Source: Promethearchaeota archaeon (GTDB taxonomy: Archaea; Asgardarchaeota; Lokiarchaeia; Sigyniarchaeales; SOKP01). From it: a DNA stretch of 64,000 nucleotides. Below, piece after piece: positions 9,861 through 20,171 of the stretch. Each line of letters opens with the position of its first letter. Position 1 is the stretch's first letter. The DNA lies in assembly GCA_030599585.1 (NCBI GenBank), contig JAUVNS010000001.1:347118-411117 (forward strand). Reading direction: 5' to 3'. The position numbers and the translations under genes were made by a program. Under the pieces are notes generated by a model. That model searched no databases and had not been told where the DNA came from. It worked only from the letters and a program-made list of their open reading frames with translations.

Positions 9861-10658
9861 TTATTTCTGAGAGAGATTATGACGAATATTTATTTTTACA
9901 TTTGACTTTAAACTTTTCAAGATCTCCGGGATAATTTTAAAATCGTTCCAACTCAAATCGACACTTTCAAGGTTTGTAAGATCGCTTAGTGTATCTGGCA
10001 AATCAGTTAAATTATTACAACTAAGGTCCAAATTTTTTAAATTCTTCAATAATTCAATGGAGGAAGGAATTTGATATTTTAGGGATATACTTAATTCTGA
10101 TATGTGCTGGTCTTGAATTTTAAACATTACATCGTCATCATAGATCAGTTTACTGTTTGAACTCCAATTAAAACTATTATAATTCTCAATACTAAATTCT
10201 ATATCCAGTAAGAAAGGGACTTCCTCGGAAACTACATCAAGCTTTTCACCTATCTTCTCTAATCTATGAAGATAAATTGCATATAGGTTCTTGTATCGAT
10301 CGATTTTTGGATCATTTAACATTTCTCCAAGGACTTTAAGTAATCTAGATGACTTATCGTTTAATAGAGCCCATTCCAAGCATTTTTCTCCAATATGTAA
10401 ATAATTTTCTAAAATATTTTTAGCGGAAATTATCCTAATCTCTTCAGATTCGTCAGAAATTATACAATTTTCTAATGTTTTAAAAACAATCTGATCTTGA
10501 GTTTTCAGTCTATAGAGAATTTTTAAACTTTCCAATCTGGCGCTAGGCGTATCAGATTTTTCTATGATCGAAATTAGAAACTCAATACCTTCTATCCTGT
10601 TGATTTTATCCTGGAGTATTTTCTGATAGATGGTATTTGGGTTTAGTGTAACTTTCAT
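9861..10658 (-). CDS. Leucine-rich repeat protein with helical (HEAT-like) N-terminus
   Basis: LKNLDLSCNNLTDLP and LESVDLSWNDF LRR units. Confidence 0.8.
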   Translation of the reverse strand: MKVTLNPNTIYQKILQDKINRIEGIEFLISIIEKSDTPSARLESLKILYRLKTQDQIVFKTLENCIISDESEEIRIISAKNILENYLHIGEKCLEWALLNDKSSRLLKVLGEMLNDPKIDRYKNLYAIYLHRLEKIGEKLDVVSEEVPFLLDIEFSIENYNSFNWSSNSKLIYDDDVMFKIQDQHISELSISLKYQIPSSIELLKNLKNLDLSCNNLTDLPDTLSDLTNLESVDLSWNDFKIIPEILKSLKSNVKINIRHNLSQK

Positions 10659-10772
10659 TTCGAACGATTAGAGAATAATTGTTATTAAGCTATTTTACTT
10701 ATTTTTTAAAGTTTTAAAATACTTATTAGATTGTTGATTTAAATTAATTACAATTTTAAATTTTAAATTTCA

Positions 10773-13181
10773 GTGAAGAATTTGACTGTTAAAACTCCTT
10801 CCGAACGGATTAGTACTCTCAAAAATAACATGCTATCAAGCAAGTATGAATTATGTATCGAACGCATGAGATTTTTCACTGAGATTTACAAACAATATCC
10901 GGACGATCCCGAAATTATTAAGAGAGCGAAAGCTATAGCACATACTCTAAAAAATATGACCCTTTTTATTAGAGACGAGGAATTACTGGTTGGAAACGAA
11001 ACCAGTAAAAATTTGGGCGAAAAAATCAATCTCGATCTTCAGCGGTACGATAACAGCTTAGAGAAGAGATCAACCTATAAGAAGCTAAGAAGAAGAAAAC
11101 TTCAACCCTTTTTTATCGACGAGCCGGATATTGATGAGTTACTCGAAATAATTCCTTATTGGAAAGGAAAATCGCTATTAGAAGGTCGCATTTTTAAAAA
11201 ATTACGGGAAGAAAAACTAGCCACAGGAGAGGGGAAAATCACTTCCTTAGCTCCAAATGTTTCCATCCAAATTGGACCCACAGAAGGACATGTATGCGCT
11301 GGCTACGAGAAACTCTTAAAACTAGGTTATAAGGGAATTGTTGAGGAAGCTGAACTATTCCAATCCCGCTTAGATAAAGAGAATAAAGAATTTCAAGAAA
11401 AATATAACTTTTACGAAGCTGTTAAAATTTATTACAGAGCGGCAATAGAGTTTTCGCAAAGGTTTTCAGCACTTTCTCTCGAAAAGGCAGAAACTCAAAA
11501 CAACGAAAAACGGAAAAAAGAGCTTGAAATCATAGGAGAAATGATGAAAAAATTTACCGAAACTACCCCAGAAACTTTTTACGAGGCAGTTCAACTCATC
11601 AATTTTACTCAAAATATCATAAATATTACTTACCAGCGAAGTGTTGTAGCCCTTGGTCGTTTAGATCAAATTCTCTGGCCTTACTATGTTCAAGATCTTA
11701 AAAACGGGAAAATTGATAGAGAGGACGCGTTAGAATTAATAGAAGAACTCAATTTAAAATTAACTTGGAATGTTACAATATTACCTACAGACTTTACTTT
11801 AGTAGCTAACGCTCTTGGTCAAAACACACAAACAATTACTATTGCTGGCATGGATTCAAATGGTAAAGACGCAACAAATGAGTTATCTTACCTTTTTCTT
11901 GAAGCGTATAAGAAAGTAAAGGTTTTCACTACTGATCTTTCAGTTAGAATTCATAAGAAAACTCCAAGAGAATTCTTTGAAAACGCGATTAAAGTTTTTA
12001 AACACACTTCAGGTATCGCATTTTATAACGATGAAATTATCGTTCCAGCGCTTCAAAAGACAGGTTATTCTCCAGAAGATGCCCGAAATTACGTTATAAT
12101 CGGATGTGTGGAGCCCACCGGTCAAGGTAACAGTTTTTCAGCAACTGCTAGGATGTTCATAAATCTACCTGGAGTATTGGAATTAACTTTAAATAATGGT
12201 TATAGTAATTTCTCAAAAAATATAGATGGTTTACAGACAGGTAATCCAGGAAAGTTTACCACTTACGATCAATTTTACGATGCTTTTACACGCCAGCTTA
12301 AATTTAACATTGAAAAATCTGTGAAAATTGCTGAAGTAGGAGATAAAATAGTGATGAACTATTTTCAACACCCGATTGTGTCTGCTACGCTTGATGGATG
12401 CTTGGAAAGTGGGAAGGATTACGTATGTGGTGGGGCAAAATATAATTATTCGTCGATTACTGCTTATGGGTTTGCTACTTTAGTTGATTCTATGTATACC
12501 ATTAAAAAAGTCGTTTACGACGAAAAGTTAATGACTTTACCAGATCTTATAGATATTCTCAATTCAAACTTTGAAGATAATGAAGTTTTTCGGCAAAAAT
12601 TAATTAATAATTACGAAAAGTGGGGAAACGATGGTGCTGAGATTGATTCCTTTGCTATTGAATTATGGGATTTATTTACCCAAGAGGTAAGGAAGAATAA
12701 ACCTTTAAGGGGAGGACAATATAATGCGGGAGCTTATTCAATGGGTATCCACGTAATGGAAGGTGTTATAACTCGACCAACAGCTGATGGTAGAAAAGCA
12801 GGAAGACCCATCTCAAATAGTTTATCTCCAGTGAATAGGGTTGAAAAGAATGGAATCACCGCAATATTGAATTCAATCGCAAAATTAAACTACGACTACG
12901 CTATGAACGGAGTAGCTGTTAATGTGCGATTACATCCCCAAAATTTAGAAAGTCAAGAAAACATCGAAAAGTTTTATCACTTGTTAAAAACCTATTTTGA
13001 TAATGGTGGTATGCAGATTCAACCAAATGTGGTGTCAACTGAAACTTTAAAAGACGCACAGATTCATCCTGAAAATTACACAGATTTAATTGTAAAAGTT
13101 GGAGGGTATAACGCAACTTTTGTTGATTTAGGAATTCCGATTCAAAACGACATAATAGATAGATTAGAAAATAAATTTTAG
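10773..13181 (+). CDS. Glycyl radical enzyme (PFL2/eliminase-type family)
   Basis: 802 aa; GRLDQ, IIGCVEP Cys loop, C-terminal LIVKVGGY Gly loop. Confidence 0.9.
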   Translation: MKNLTVKTPSERISTLKNNMLSSKYELCIERMRFFTEIYKQYPDDPEIIKRAKAIAHTLKNMTLFIRDEELLVGNETSKNLGEKINLDLQRYDNSLEKRSTYKKLRRRKLQPFFIDEPDIDELLEIIPYWKGKSLLEGRIFKKLREEKLATGEGKITSLAPNVSIQIGPTEGHVCAGYEKLLKLGYKGIVEEAELFQSRLDKENKEFQEKYNFYEAVKIYYRAAIEFSQRFSALSLEKAETQNNEKRKKELEIIGEMMKKFTETTPETFYEAVQLINFTQNIINITYQRSVVALGRLDQILWPYYVQDLKNGKIDREDALELIEELNLKLTWNVTILPTDFTLVANALGQNTQTITIAGMDSNGKDATNELSYLFLEAYKKVKVFTTDLSVRIHKKTPREFFENAIKVFKHTSGIAFYNDEIIVPALQKTGYSPEDARNYVIIGCVEPTGQGNSFSATARMFINLPGVLELTLNNGYSNFSKNIDGLQTGNPGKFTTYDQFYDAFTRQLKFNIEKSVKIAEVGDKIVMNYFQHPIVSATLDGCLESGKDYVCGGAKYNYSSITAYGFATLVDSMYTIKKVVYDEKLMTLPDLIDILNSNFEDNEVFRQKLINNYEKWGNDGAEIDSFAIELWDLFTQEVRKNKPLRGGQYNAGAYSMGIHVMEGVITRPTADGRKAGRPISNSLSPVNRVEKNGITAILNSIAKLNYDYAMNGVAVNVRLHPQNLESQENIEKFYHLLKTYFDNGGMQIQPNVVSTETLKDAQIHPENYTDLIVKVGGYNATFVDLGIPIQNDIIDRLENKF

Positions 13182-13208
13182 ATTTACAACAACTTTAACC
13201 TTAACCGC

Positions 13209-13643
13209 ATGAAAATGGAAAAGTTATTTCCTATAAGTATAAATCCGCAATTTTGCGTCCGGTGTGAAAAGTGTTCTTATTCGTGTTCAACAAAAGCAAT
13301 ATTTTTTCGAGATTCACTTCGATACGTCGATTATAATAAATGCAAAGGATGCTTAAAATGTGTAAGTGTTTGCGAACACAACGCTATAGAAGTAATCTCG
13401 TTAGAAGAGGGACGTTTAATTGATTTTAAAATTGATGAAGAGAGATGTACCGTTTGTAAAAAATGTTTAGAGTCAAATTTCTGCTTTCAAAATTTATTTA
13501 ACCTTTGCGTTGAGTCAGATACAAACAAAGAATACATCGAATTTAATAATAAATTAATGAATAAGTGTTTTAATTGTTTGAAGTGTTTTAAAGATTGTCC
13601 AAACAACGCTATAATCCCAAATATACGTGTTAATGGAACATAA
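13209..13643 (+). CDS. Poly[4Fe-4S] ferredoxin
   Basis: Four CxxCxxC groups. Confidence 0.85.
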   Translation: MKMEKLFPISINPQFCVRCEKCSYSCSTKAIFFRDSLRYVDYNKCKGCLKCVSVCEHNAIEVISLEEGRLIDFKIDEERCTVCKKCLESNFCFQNLFNLCVESDTNKEYIEFNNKLMNKCFNCLKCFKDCPNNAIIPNIRVNGT

Positions 13644-13669
13644 ATCTTATTTAACGAATTTAGTTTACA

Positions 13670-14161
13670 CTACCACTTCGTTTTAGAACCTAATTTAATG
13701 TCTAAGATTGGGGTTCCATTAATCGCATCGAGATTTTTAACAAATAAAGTGGTGCCTTCAATTTTAACTAATTTCACATTGGTAATCCCTATGCGAGATA
13801 ATCGATTAGGCGTCCGAGAAGCGAAAATACCTACCTCTTTTCCATCTATCCCTCGAGAAAAAATAGATCGAATTTTGTGCTGTTTATGAAAATAATATAC
13901 TACAGTAATCCATTCGTCTTCTTCTAATTTGTAAAGAAATTTTCGTTGAGATTCAAAAAGGTGGATTTTAGAGACATTATTTCTACTCCCTTTCAACCCA
14001 AATCCTTCTCCTTTTTCTAATAGATTTTCTACAAAACCGATTGGAAATATCTTAAACGGCTTATTGTTCTGATATAAGCAAGAATGACACATAAATTGGT
14101 CATTAAATTTATCAAGTTCGTCTAATCCTTTTTCCTTTTTACATTTCGTGCAAACTGGCAT
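13670..14161 (-). CDS. TrmO/TsaA-family SAM-binding protein with N-terminal zinc finger
   Basis: GIFASRTPNR, LDAINGTPILDIK; N-terminal CTKC...CHSC. Confidence 0.8.
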   Translation of the reverse strand: MPVCTKCKKEKGLDELDKFNDQFMCHSCLYQNNKPFKIFPIGFVENLLEKGEGFGLKGSRNNVSKIHLFESQRKFLYKLEEDEWITVVYYFHKQHKIRSIFSRGIDGKEVGIFASRTPNRLSRIGITNVKLVKIEGTTLFVKNLDAINGTPILDIKLGSKTKW

Positions 14162-14182
14162 AGCTACCCATCAGGTTATTGG

Positions 14183-15115
14183 TTAATTTATTAATTTCCA
14201 AAAAGTCTGGTTATTGTAAATTACTTTTTTAATCCTATTTTGCGATGCTAGAGTATTCAATTCAAGTAAAACATCTTGCTCATTAAACTTTTTTGAACTA
14301 AATGTTTCAATAATTTGTTCTTGTCTCATTGGATGTCTTTCAAGCAAAATTTTTAATTCCATTTCAAAATTAGAACTAAAAACGCTAAATATTCCCTGCT
14401 CAGGAAAATTTATATTATTATATTCTCCAAAAACATCGTTTAAAATCGGAATAATGTTTTTATCGGGAATTTGTACCCAACTTTCAGCAGGAGGTCTTAT
14501 TGGAACGTTAATGTCAATTCTATCGGGTTTAATTAGATCTAATTTATTTTTTATTTTTACTAGTTCCTCTTTAGAATCGTTAATTCCCTTCATCAGCATT
14601 ATTTCTATCCAGAATTTACCGTTATATTCTTTCCTAAAATCAATGTATCCTTGAATCATTTTTTCATACTCTATGGAGGGATGTGGACGATTTATTTTAA
14701 CGAATAACTTTTCATCTCCCGCATCCAAACTAGGCAAAACAACGTCAACACTCACTAACTCTTTTCTAACTTCTGGAGAGTATAATAAAGCTCCGTTTGT
14801 AATTACGCAGATTGGTTTGCTTGAGAATTCTTTTGCCTTTAAAATCAGTTTTCCTAAACTTTTGTATAACGTAGGTTCGCCGCTACCTACAAATGTTATG
14901 TAATCAAAATTTTCTTTGTTTTGCTTAATAGCTTCTTCCATTTCTTTATAAATTTCTTCTTTGAGATAAAATTCTCTTCTCTCATTTGTGAAATTAGTCG
15001 TTTTTCCCAATTGACAATATATACACTGAAAATTGCACGTTTTTGAAGGAATCGGGTCGATCCCTAAAGAACTTCCTAATCGTCTACTAGGAACTGGTCC
15101 ATATACATATTTCAT
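14183..15115 (-). CDS. Radical SAM protein (COG0731-like)
   Basis: YGPVPSRRLG.SLGID, CNFQCIYC, GSGEPTL. Confidence 0.9.
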   Translation of the reverse strand: MKYVYGPVPSRRLGSSLGIDPIPSKTCNFQCIYCQLGKTTNFTNERREFYLKEEIYKEMEEAIKQNKENFDYITFVGSGEPTLYKSLGKLILKAKEFSSKPICVITNGALLYSPEVRKELVSVDVVLPSLDAGDEKLFVKINRPHPSIEYEKMIQGYIDFRKEYNGKFWIEIMLMKGINDSKEELVKIKNKLDLIKPDRIDINVPIRPPAESWVQIPDKNIIPILNDVFGEYNNINFPEQGIFSVFSSNFEMELKILLERHPMRQEQIIETFSSKKFNEQDVLLELNTLASQNRIKKVIYNNQTFWKLIN

Positions 15116-15185
15116 TTTCTTTTTTTATGAAAAAATACGATTCGTAAGCAGAATCCAGAATTTTTTAATTATATCTCTTTAGTTA

Positions 15186-15629
15186 TTATGAACTCACTAA
15201 TCCTTTATAATCCGCTATCGCTAGTTGCAAAGTTCTATATGCTAATTCCGCACAATGTTTGTGATCTTCAGGTAAACCGTTTAACGCTGCGTCAATGTCT
15301 TCTGCCTTTATTTTTTCAGCGTCATCTAACGATTTATTCTCTATGAGAAGAGTTGTTTGACACCCTGTTGCCACTGAAGCTCCACACCCGTCAGTAAGGA
15401 AATTGGCTTTTTCAATAATATTATTTTTTATTTTTAGAAAGAATGACATCGTATCCCCACATGGACCCTCGTAAGATTTAGAAACGGTAATCTCATCTTC
15501 AGAGGGTTTACCCCAGTTTTTAGGATCGTGATATAATTCAACTATGCGTTCGTTATAATCTCTAATTTCTTCTTCATATATGATCTTTTGAAGATTTTCT
15601 ACATACAAGTCAAATTTATCTTTAGGCAT
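15186..15629 (-). CDS. NifU/IscU-type Fe-S scaffold protein
   Basis: GPCGD, DGCG, HKHCA three-Cys pattern. Confidence 0.9.
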   Translation of the reverse strand: MPKDKFDLYVENLQKIIYEEEIRDYNERIVELYHDPKNWGKPSEDEITVSKSYEGPCGDTMSFFLKIKNNIIEKANFLTDGCGASVATGCQTTLLIENKSLDDAEKIKAEDIDAALNGLPEDHKHCAELAYRTLQLAIADYKGLVSS

Positions 15630-15709
15630 TTAAAATGAACTACTCTTATTAATTATAATTCGGTTAACTAGAACAATTAATGGGTCAAATGATTTTCGAT
15701 TCATTTCGA

Positions 15710-16123
15710 TTAATGCTGTTGGTGATGATGCTCGTGATCGTTATTATCGTCTGCGTCAGTGTGGATTTTTTCTACTCCATAACCTTTACCTCCACCAGGA
15801 GAACAAATGTTTTCTCCACCTTCTAAAGTCCCATCTAAAATCTTGGCAATAACATCGTCAATCTGGCCAGTAACACCCCTTATAACTTCAATACCGTATT
15901 GATTAAAGAAATCAACGGCTCTATGACCAATTCCCCCCGCGATCATACAGGTGGCACCATTTTCGTTAATAAATTTTGGTATACTCCCAATTTCGTGTCC
16001 TGGATTAGGTAACACTTTTTTTTCAACTACTTTGTTATCTTCAATTGAAACAAAAGTAAACTCTGGAGCCCGACCAAAATGTTGCGAAACACTTCCCATT
16101 TCTGTACATATAGCTACTTTCAA
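15710..16123 (-). CDS. NifB/NifX-family protein with His-rich tail
   Basis: VSQHFGRAPEF, GGIG; ends in DHEHHHQQH. Confidence 0.9.
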   Translation of the reverse strand: MKVAICTEMGSVSQHFGRAPEFTFVSIEDNKVVEKKVLPNPGHEIGSIPKFINENGATCMIAGGIGHRAVDFFNQYGIEVIRGVTGQIDDVIAKILDGTLEGGENICSPGGGKGYGVEKIHTDADDNNDHEHHHQQH

Positions 16124-16157
16124 CTTTTAAATCACTTTTTTTTTATTATGTTTTTTT

Positions 16158-16173
16158 AAGAATAATCATTCAA
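16158..16173. promoter_or_regulatory. Palindromic operator copy 2 (AAGAATAATCATTCAA)
   Basis: 35 nt upstream of the 16123 start; minus-strand TATA-like sequence near 16191-16198. Confidence 0.65.
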
Positions 16174-16347
16174 AATAAATCATTCAAATTATTTAAAATT
16201 TTCTAGAATATCAGACTAGAGGACGCCGTCACCAAAACTTTGTCTACCTCATTTAGATCCTTGATAGGAGTGATGTACTGAGTTCATTTCCACTAAATGA
16301 AACCCAAAAAGAGATATTAAACTTAAAAATTAGAACTATGTCAAAAA

Positions 16348-17313
16348 TTACCAGTGGTTTGAAAACAAGGACCAAAAAATATTTCCTTCGCAACCGATAC
16401 AATCCCGGCACTTCTCTTTAATTTCTTTTTCAATAGGGTTTTCGTTAATAAAAACTCCAACGCCTTGGATATTCTTCAAATCTAACACATGGTCAAGGCG
16501 ATTATTAGTAAGCCAAAAATATTCTAATTTTTTAGGACCTTTGATAGGATGAATGCGCTGAATTTTGTTTCCATCTAAAAATAACTCCGTCAGAAAGCGT
16601 AAGTTCTCAAGCCCCTTAATTTCAGTGATATCGTTGAAACTTAAGTATAATCCCTTCAACTTATTAAGGGTGTCCAAGCCTTGAATTTCAGAAATCTGGT
16701 TATGCCCGAGAGACAAGCCTGTAAGATCGGTAAGCGGTTCGAGTTGCTCAATTTTAACGATTTTATTACTACTTAAAATTAAGTCGTCTAAGATTTCAAG
16801 TCCAATAAGCCCTTCAATTCTCTCAATTGAATTGAATTTAAGATTCAAATTTTTCAATGTTTTTAACCGTTCTAAGCCTTCAATTTTACGGATTCGATTA
16901 TGGTGTAAAGAAAGTCTTTCGAGGTTAACGAGCGTATCAAGTCCTTTAATTTCATCAATTTTGTTACGCGAAATATCCAGAAATCTCAACTGTCCCAAAT
17001 TCTCTAACCCTGTTATCCCAGCGATTCTGTTCCGATCTAACCGCAAATATTCCAAATTCGTTAAGGATTCTAAGCCTTGAATTTCGCTAATATCGTTTTT
17101 TTGTAAGGAGAGTATTCGAAGATTTGTCAAATGCTCTAAACCTTCGATGCGAGAAATATGGTTTTCGATAAGATCTAATCGCGATAAACCAGTGATATCT
17201 TGAAGTCCCTCAAGCTCGCTGATGTCGGAAACGCCCAAATTATTCACCCTAAGATATTCGTCTTCTACAAAATGCTTCTTCCCTTTAAAAATAACGTACT
17301 CTTTGTCCGACAT
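16348..17313 (-). CDS. Leucine-rich repeat protein (Sds22/internalin-like 22-aa repeats)
   Basis: About ten LxxLxLxxNxIxxIxGL repeats. Confidence 0.9.
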   Translation of the reverse strand: MSDKEYVIFKGKKHFVEDEYLRVNNLGVSDISELEGLQDITGLSRLDLIENHISRIEGLEHLTNLRILSLQKNDISEIQGLESLTNLEYLRLDRNRIAGITGLENLGQLRFLDISRNKIDEIKGLDTLVNLERLSLHHNRIRKIEGLERLKTLKNLNLKFNSIERIEGLIGLEILDDLILSSNKIVKIEQLEPLTDLTGLSLGHNQISEIQGLDTLNKLKGLYLSFNDITEIKGLENLRFLTELFLDGNKIQRIHPIKGPKKLEYFWLTNNRLDHVLDLKNIQGVGVFINENPIEKEIKEKCRDCIGCEGNIFWSLFSNHW

Positions 17314-17612
17314 CGCTAAAATACAAATGGTAATTCTCGTTTATAAACGTTTAGACCATACAGTAAACCTAAACTTTAAAAAAATCTATAAAAAATAATT
17401 TTGACTGAGTTCAAAAACTTTAGTTACAGCTAATTTAACACAATCAAACTCATAAAATATTGAAGCTCATTGCTTTCTCAAGATAATTTTTCACTAATCG
17501 TTTATTCTTTAAGAAATATGAAGAGTAATATAAATCAGTCATTTATAATTAAAATATAATTTAGTTTCGTAATACTTAAATATACTGATTAATATTTGTT
17601 ACATAGAGAATA

Positions 17613-17628
17613 GTGAATGATTATTCAT
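17613..17628. promoter_or_regulatory. Palindromic operator copy 3 (GTGAATGATTATTCAT)
   Basis: Upstream of the DUF5320 and DtxR genes; a degenerate second site follows (TTAATTATTCAC). Confidence 0.65.
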
Positions 17629-17689
17629 TATTAATTATTCACATTCATATAAAAAAACAAACAAAATAAAATGAGATGATAACAAAATA

Positions 17690-18067
17690 ATGCCTGGTGG
17701 AGATAGAACTGGCCCTAGAGGTCTTGGAGCAAGAACGGGAAGAGTTTTAGGATATTGTGCGGGATATGACGCTCCAGGGTATGCTTACGGCCCCGGATTT
17801 GGTTATGGACGAGGTGGAGGTCGAGGGATGGCTTGGGGTTCCGGACGAGGTAGAGGATACGGTCGAGGGTGGGGCTATAGAGAGCCGATTTATCCTCCAA
17901 TTGTAGCTACTGCCCCGGTTTACACTTCAAGAATCCCCTTAGAACCAGTAGATAGATTAACAATGCTAAAACAGGAAAAGACTTACTTAGAGTCTGAAGT
18001 TAAAGGGATCAGTAGTGCTCTTGAAGATATAACCAAACGCATTGAAGAACTAGAACAAAAAGAATAA
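17690..18067 (+). CDS. DUF5320-family Gly/Arg-rich protein
   Basis: MPGGDRTGP.G.G..TGR.LGYC, RG-rich middle, coiled-coil C-terminus. Confidence 0.85.
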   Translation: MPGGDRTGPRGLGARTGRVLGYCAGYDAPGYAYGPGFGYGRGGGRGMAWGSGRGRGYGRGWGYREPIYPPIVATAPVYTSRIPLEPVDRLTMLKQEKTYLESEVKGISSALEDITKRIEELEQKE

Positions 18068-18124
18068 TTTTTTTTTCATTTTTTTATAACTAAAAATTAA
18101 ATATTAAGAAGTTAAGACCATTTA

Positions 18125-18532
18125 ATGCCGAGTACGATGTCGCAAATAAAAGATACCCACGAAGATTATCTTAAAGCAATTTATAAGGTATCAAAAAAAA
18201 ACAGAGGCGGGTGGGTCTCAAATTCAGAAATTTCTAACTTTCTTAAAGTTAAGCCCGCTTCAGTATCAAGTATGTTATATAAATTAAAAGAGAATAATTA
18301 CATACATTGGTATCCAAGGAAATCAGTAAGATTAACTGCTAAGGGCAAAAAAATTGCGTTAATAACGATTAATAAATATAACCAATTGAAGCTTTTCTTT
18401 GAAGATGTTTTAGGAGTGGACAATGCATTTAAACTCGACGAACTCTGCTGCAAAATTGAGCATACGATAACGCCAGAAATATCAGATGCTTTAGAAAGCC
18501 TTTCTCTTAAAGTAATTCAAGAAAATATTTAA
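18125..18532 (+). CDS. DtxR/MntR-family metal-dependent transcriptional regulator
   Basis: EDYLKAIY, VKPASVSSML..L, LTAKG, CKIEH. Confidence 0.85.
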   Translation: MPSTMSQIKDTHEDYLKAIYKVSKKNRGGWVSNSEISNFLKVKPASVSSMLYKLKENNYIHWYPRKSVRLTAKGKKIALITINKYNQLKLFFEDVLGVDNAFKLDELCCKIEHTITPEISDALESLSLKVIQENI

Positions 18533-18577
18533 AAAATAAACTCAAAATTTAAATCATTTCATAAGCACATAGAAATC

Positions 18578-18730
18578 ATGCCAAAGGTAAATATAAAAGT
18601 AAACGGTGAAAAAGTTCCTTTAAACGATTTTATGGAAGAAATGTTGAAGAACCTACTGGTGGGGTATTTAAAAGCAGCAAAAGGTATCCCTGAGGAAATA
18701 AAATCGATTAATGTTGAAATTGAACTGTAA
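18578..18730 (+). CDS. 50-aa protein resembling the C-terminal domain of archaeal MobB proteins
   Basis: Not in the ORF track: MPKVNIKVNGEKVPLNDFMEEMLKNLLVGYLKAAKGIPEEIKSINVEIEL. Confidence 0.65.
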   Translation: MPKVNIKVNGEKVPLNDFMEEMLKNLLVGYLKAAKGIPEEIKSINVEIEL

Positions 18731-18854
18731 TTCTATTTTCTTTATTTTTAAAATTTAGAATCTAAAACGCAAAAATCAAGTATATTTCTAATTGAATCTA
18801 TCTTTATCATAGATTTTAATAAATTAAAAAAAAAAAAAATTAAATAATATTATA

Positions 18855-20171
18855 TTATAATTCTTGGATTTTTTTTTGTCGTGCTAACTTTTCTTCTTCC
18901 GTAAGTTCTACTTCGCCTCTTTTTACTAACGAAATCATAACAAAGGCTAAAATGAAGAATATGGCACCATTAAGAAGTAAGAATTGTATTCCCATTAAAT
19001 CAGTGAGACCGCCTACGACCATCGGACCTAATATAGCAGCAAAGTAACTGAAAAAGTAATATAGCCCTGTGTATGTCCCAATTTTCTTTTCACTAGGAGC
19101 TAATTCCCATACAATTACGATAGAATTAGTGTTAATCATTGCCCATCCGATTCCAAGGAAAGCAAGTGGAATTGCCATTATGGCTAACGAAGCTTGAACA
19201 AGCCCCATGAAGAATCCAACAATCAACATAACCGTCCAAAGTATTACGCCGATTTTAATTGTTTTTCTTCTCCCAATTTTGCCAGGAAGGTACGAAAGAG
19301 GATAAATTGATATCAAAAGAGGAACAGTAACTATAAAAGGTAAGAATCCCGCGAGACCTTGGCTGTATCCTAGCACCTGCACTCCATAAATAGAAATTAG
19401 CGCAACAATTCCCTGATATCCGATGAACCAGCAGAAAATTGCGAATAACATAAATAAAGTGCTCCTATCTTCCTCGGAGGCTATGTCCTTAATACTCTCG
19501 ATCAATCCAGGAGCAGTCTTTTCTGCTTTGACTTTTTCTCCTTCATTTCCTTCCATCTCTAATATTAACTGATAGCTGTATGAGTCTTTTTCTTTTATTC
19601 GCCATAATAGTACCAGTAGAGCAACTACCATTATTATTGAAATAATAAGAAATAATATTTGTAGGCTAACGATTCCAAGTAATATACTGAATCCATATCC
19701 GATTGCTACTCCAAAGCCCCCCATAAGATTTATAATTGCGTTTCCTTTGCTTCTATTAACTGGTCTTACGAAATCTGGCATCAGTGAAACAGCTTGGGCT
19801 CTATAAAAGCCCATACTTAATCCAAAAAAGAACATATAGATTAACAGCATTATGATCGAAGTTGATGAAGGAATCAAAAAGAAAAACAGCGCACCTAAAG
19901 GAATACCTATAATCAAATATGGCATTCTTCTTCCGAATTTAGTACGTGTATTGTCGGAGATTGAACCCATTATAGGTTGAATTATTACTCCAATCATGTT
20001 ATCTAATGCCATAAGTAAGCCAATTACGAATAAAGAAGAGAAATAATCACTTAATAGCAAAGGAACTTGTGCGTTATACAGTGACCATGCAATCTCTGAC
20101 GAAAAAAAAGCTAAACCGATCGTAAAAGTCTGTCCAACTCTAAATTTTGATGTTTCTGACATTTTTTTCAC
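18855..20171 (-). CDS. MFS sugar transporter (GPH/SLC45-like)
   Basis: QPIMGSISDNTRTKFGRRMPY; 12 TM helices. Confidence 0.9.
   Translation of the reverse strand: MKKMSETSKFRVGQTFTIGLAFFSSEIAWSLYNAQVPLLLSDYFSSLFVIGLLMALDNMIGVIIQPIMGSISDNTRTKFGRRMPYLIIGIPLGALFFFLIPSSTSIIMLLIYMFFFGLSMGFYRAQAVSLMPDFVRPVNRSKGNAIINLMGGFGVAIGYGFSILLGIVSLQILFLIISIIMVVALLVLLWRIKEKDSYSYQLILEMEGNEGEKVKAEKTAPGLIESIKDIASEEDRSTLFMLFAIFCWFIGYQGIVALISIYGVQVLGYSQGLAGFLPFIVTVPLLISIYPLSYLPGKIGRRKTIKIGVILWTVMLIVGFFMGLVQASLAIMAIPLAFLGIGWAMINTNSIVIVWELAPSEKKIGTYTGLYYFFSYFAAILGPMVVGGLTDLMGIQFLLLNGAIFFILAFVMISLVKRGEVELTEEEKLARQKKIQEL

Noticed and set aside
16216-16305. GC-richer intergenic stretch resembling a fluoride riboswitch or C/D-box sRNA
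   Set aside because: GGTGACGGCGTCCTC on the minus strand lacks the required pairing and downstream motif; box C/D spacing is not convincing; only a short TTCATTT/AAATGAA hairpin is clear.
17399-17436. Possible DtxR/MntR box (TTTTGACTGAGTTCAAAA; TTAGTTACAGCTAA)
   Set aside because: Imperfect, single occurrences in very AT-rich DNA; not supportable without a scan.
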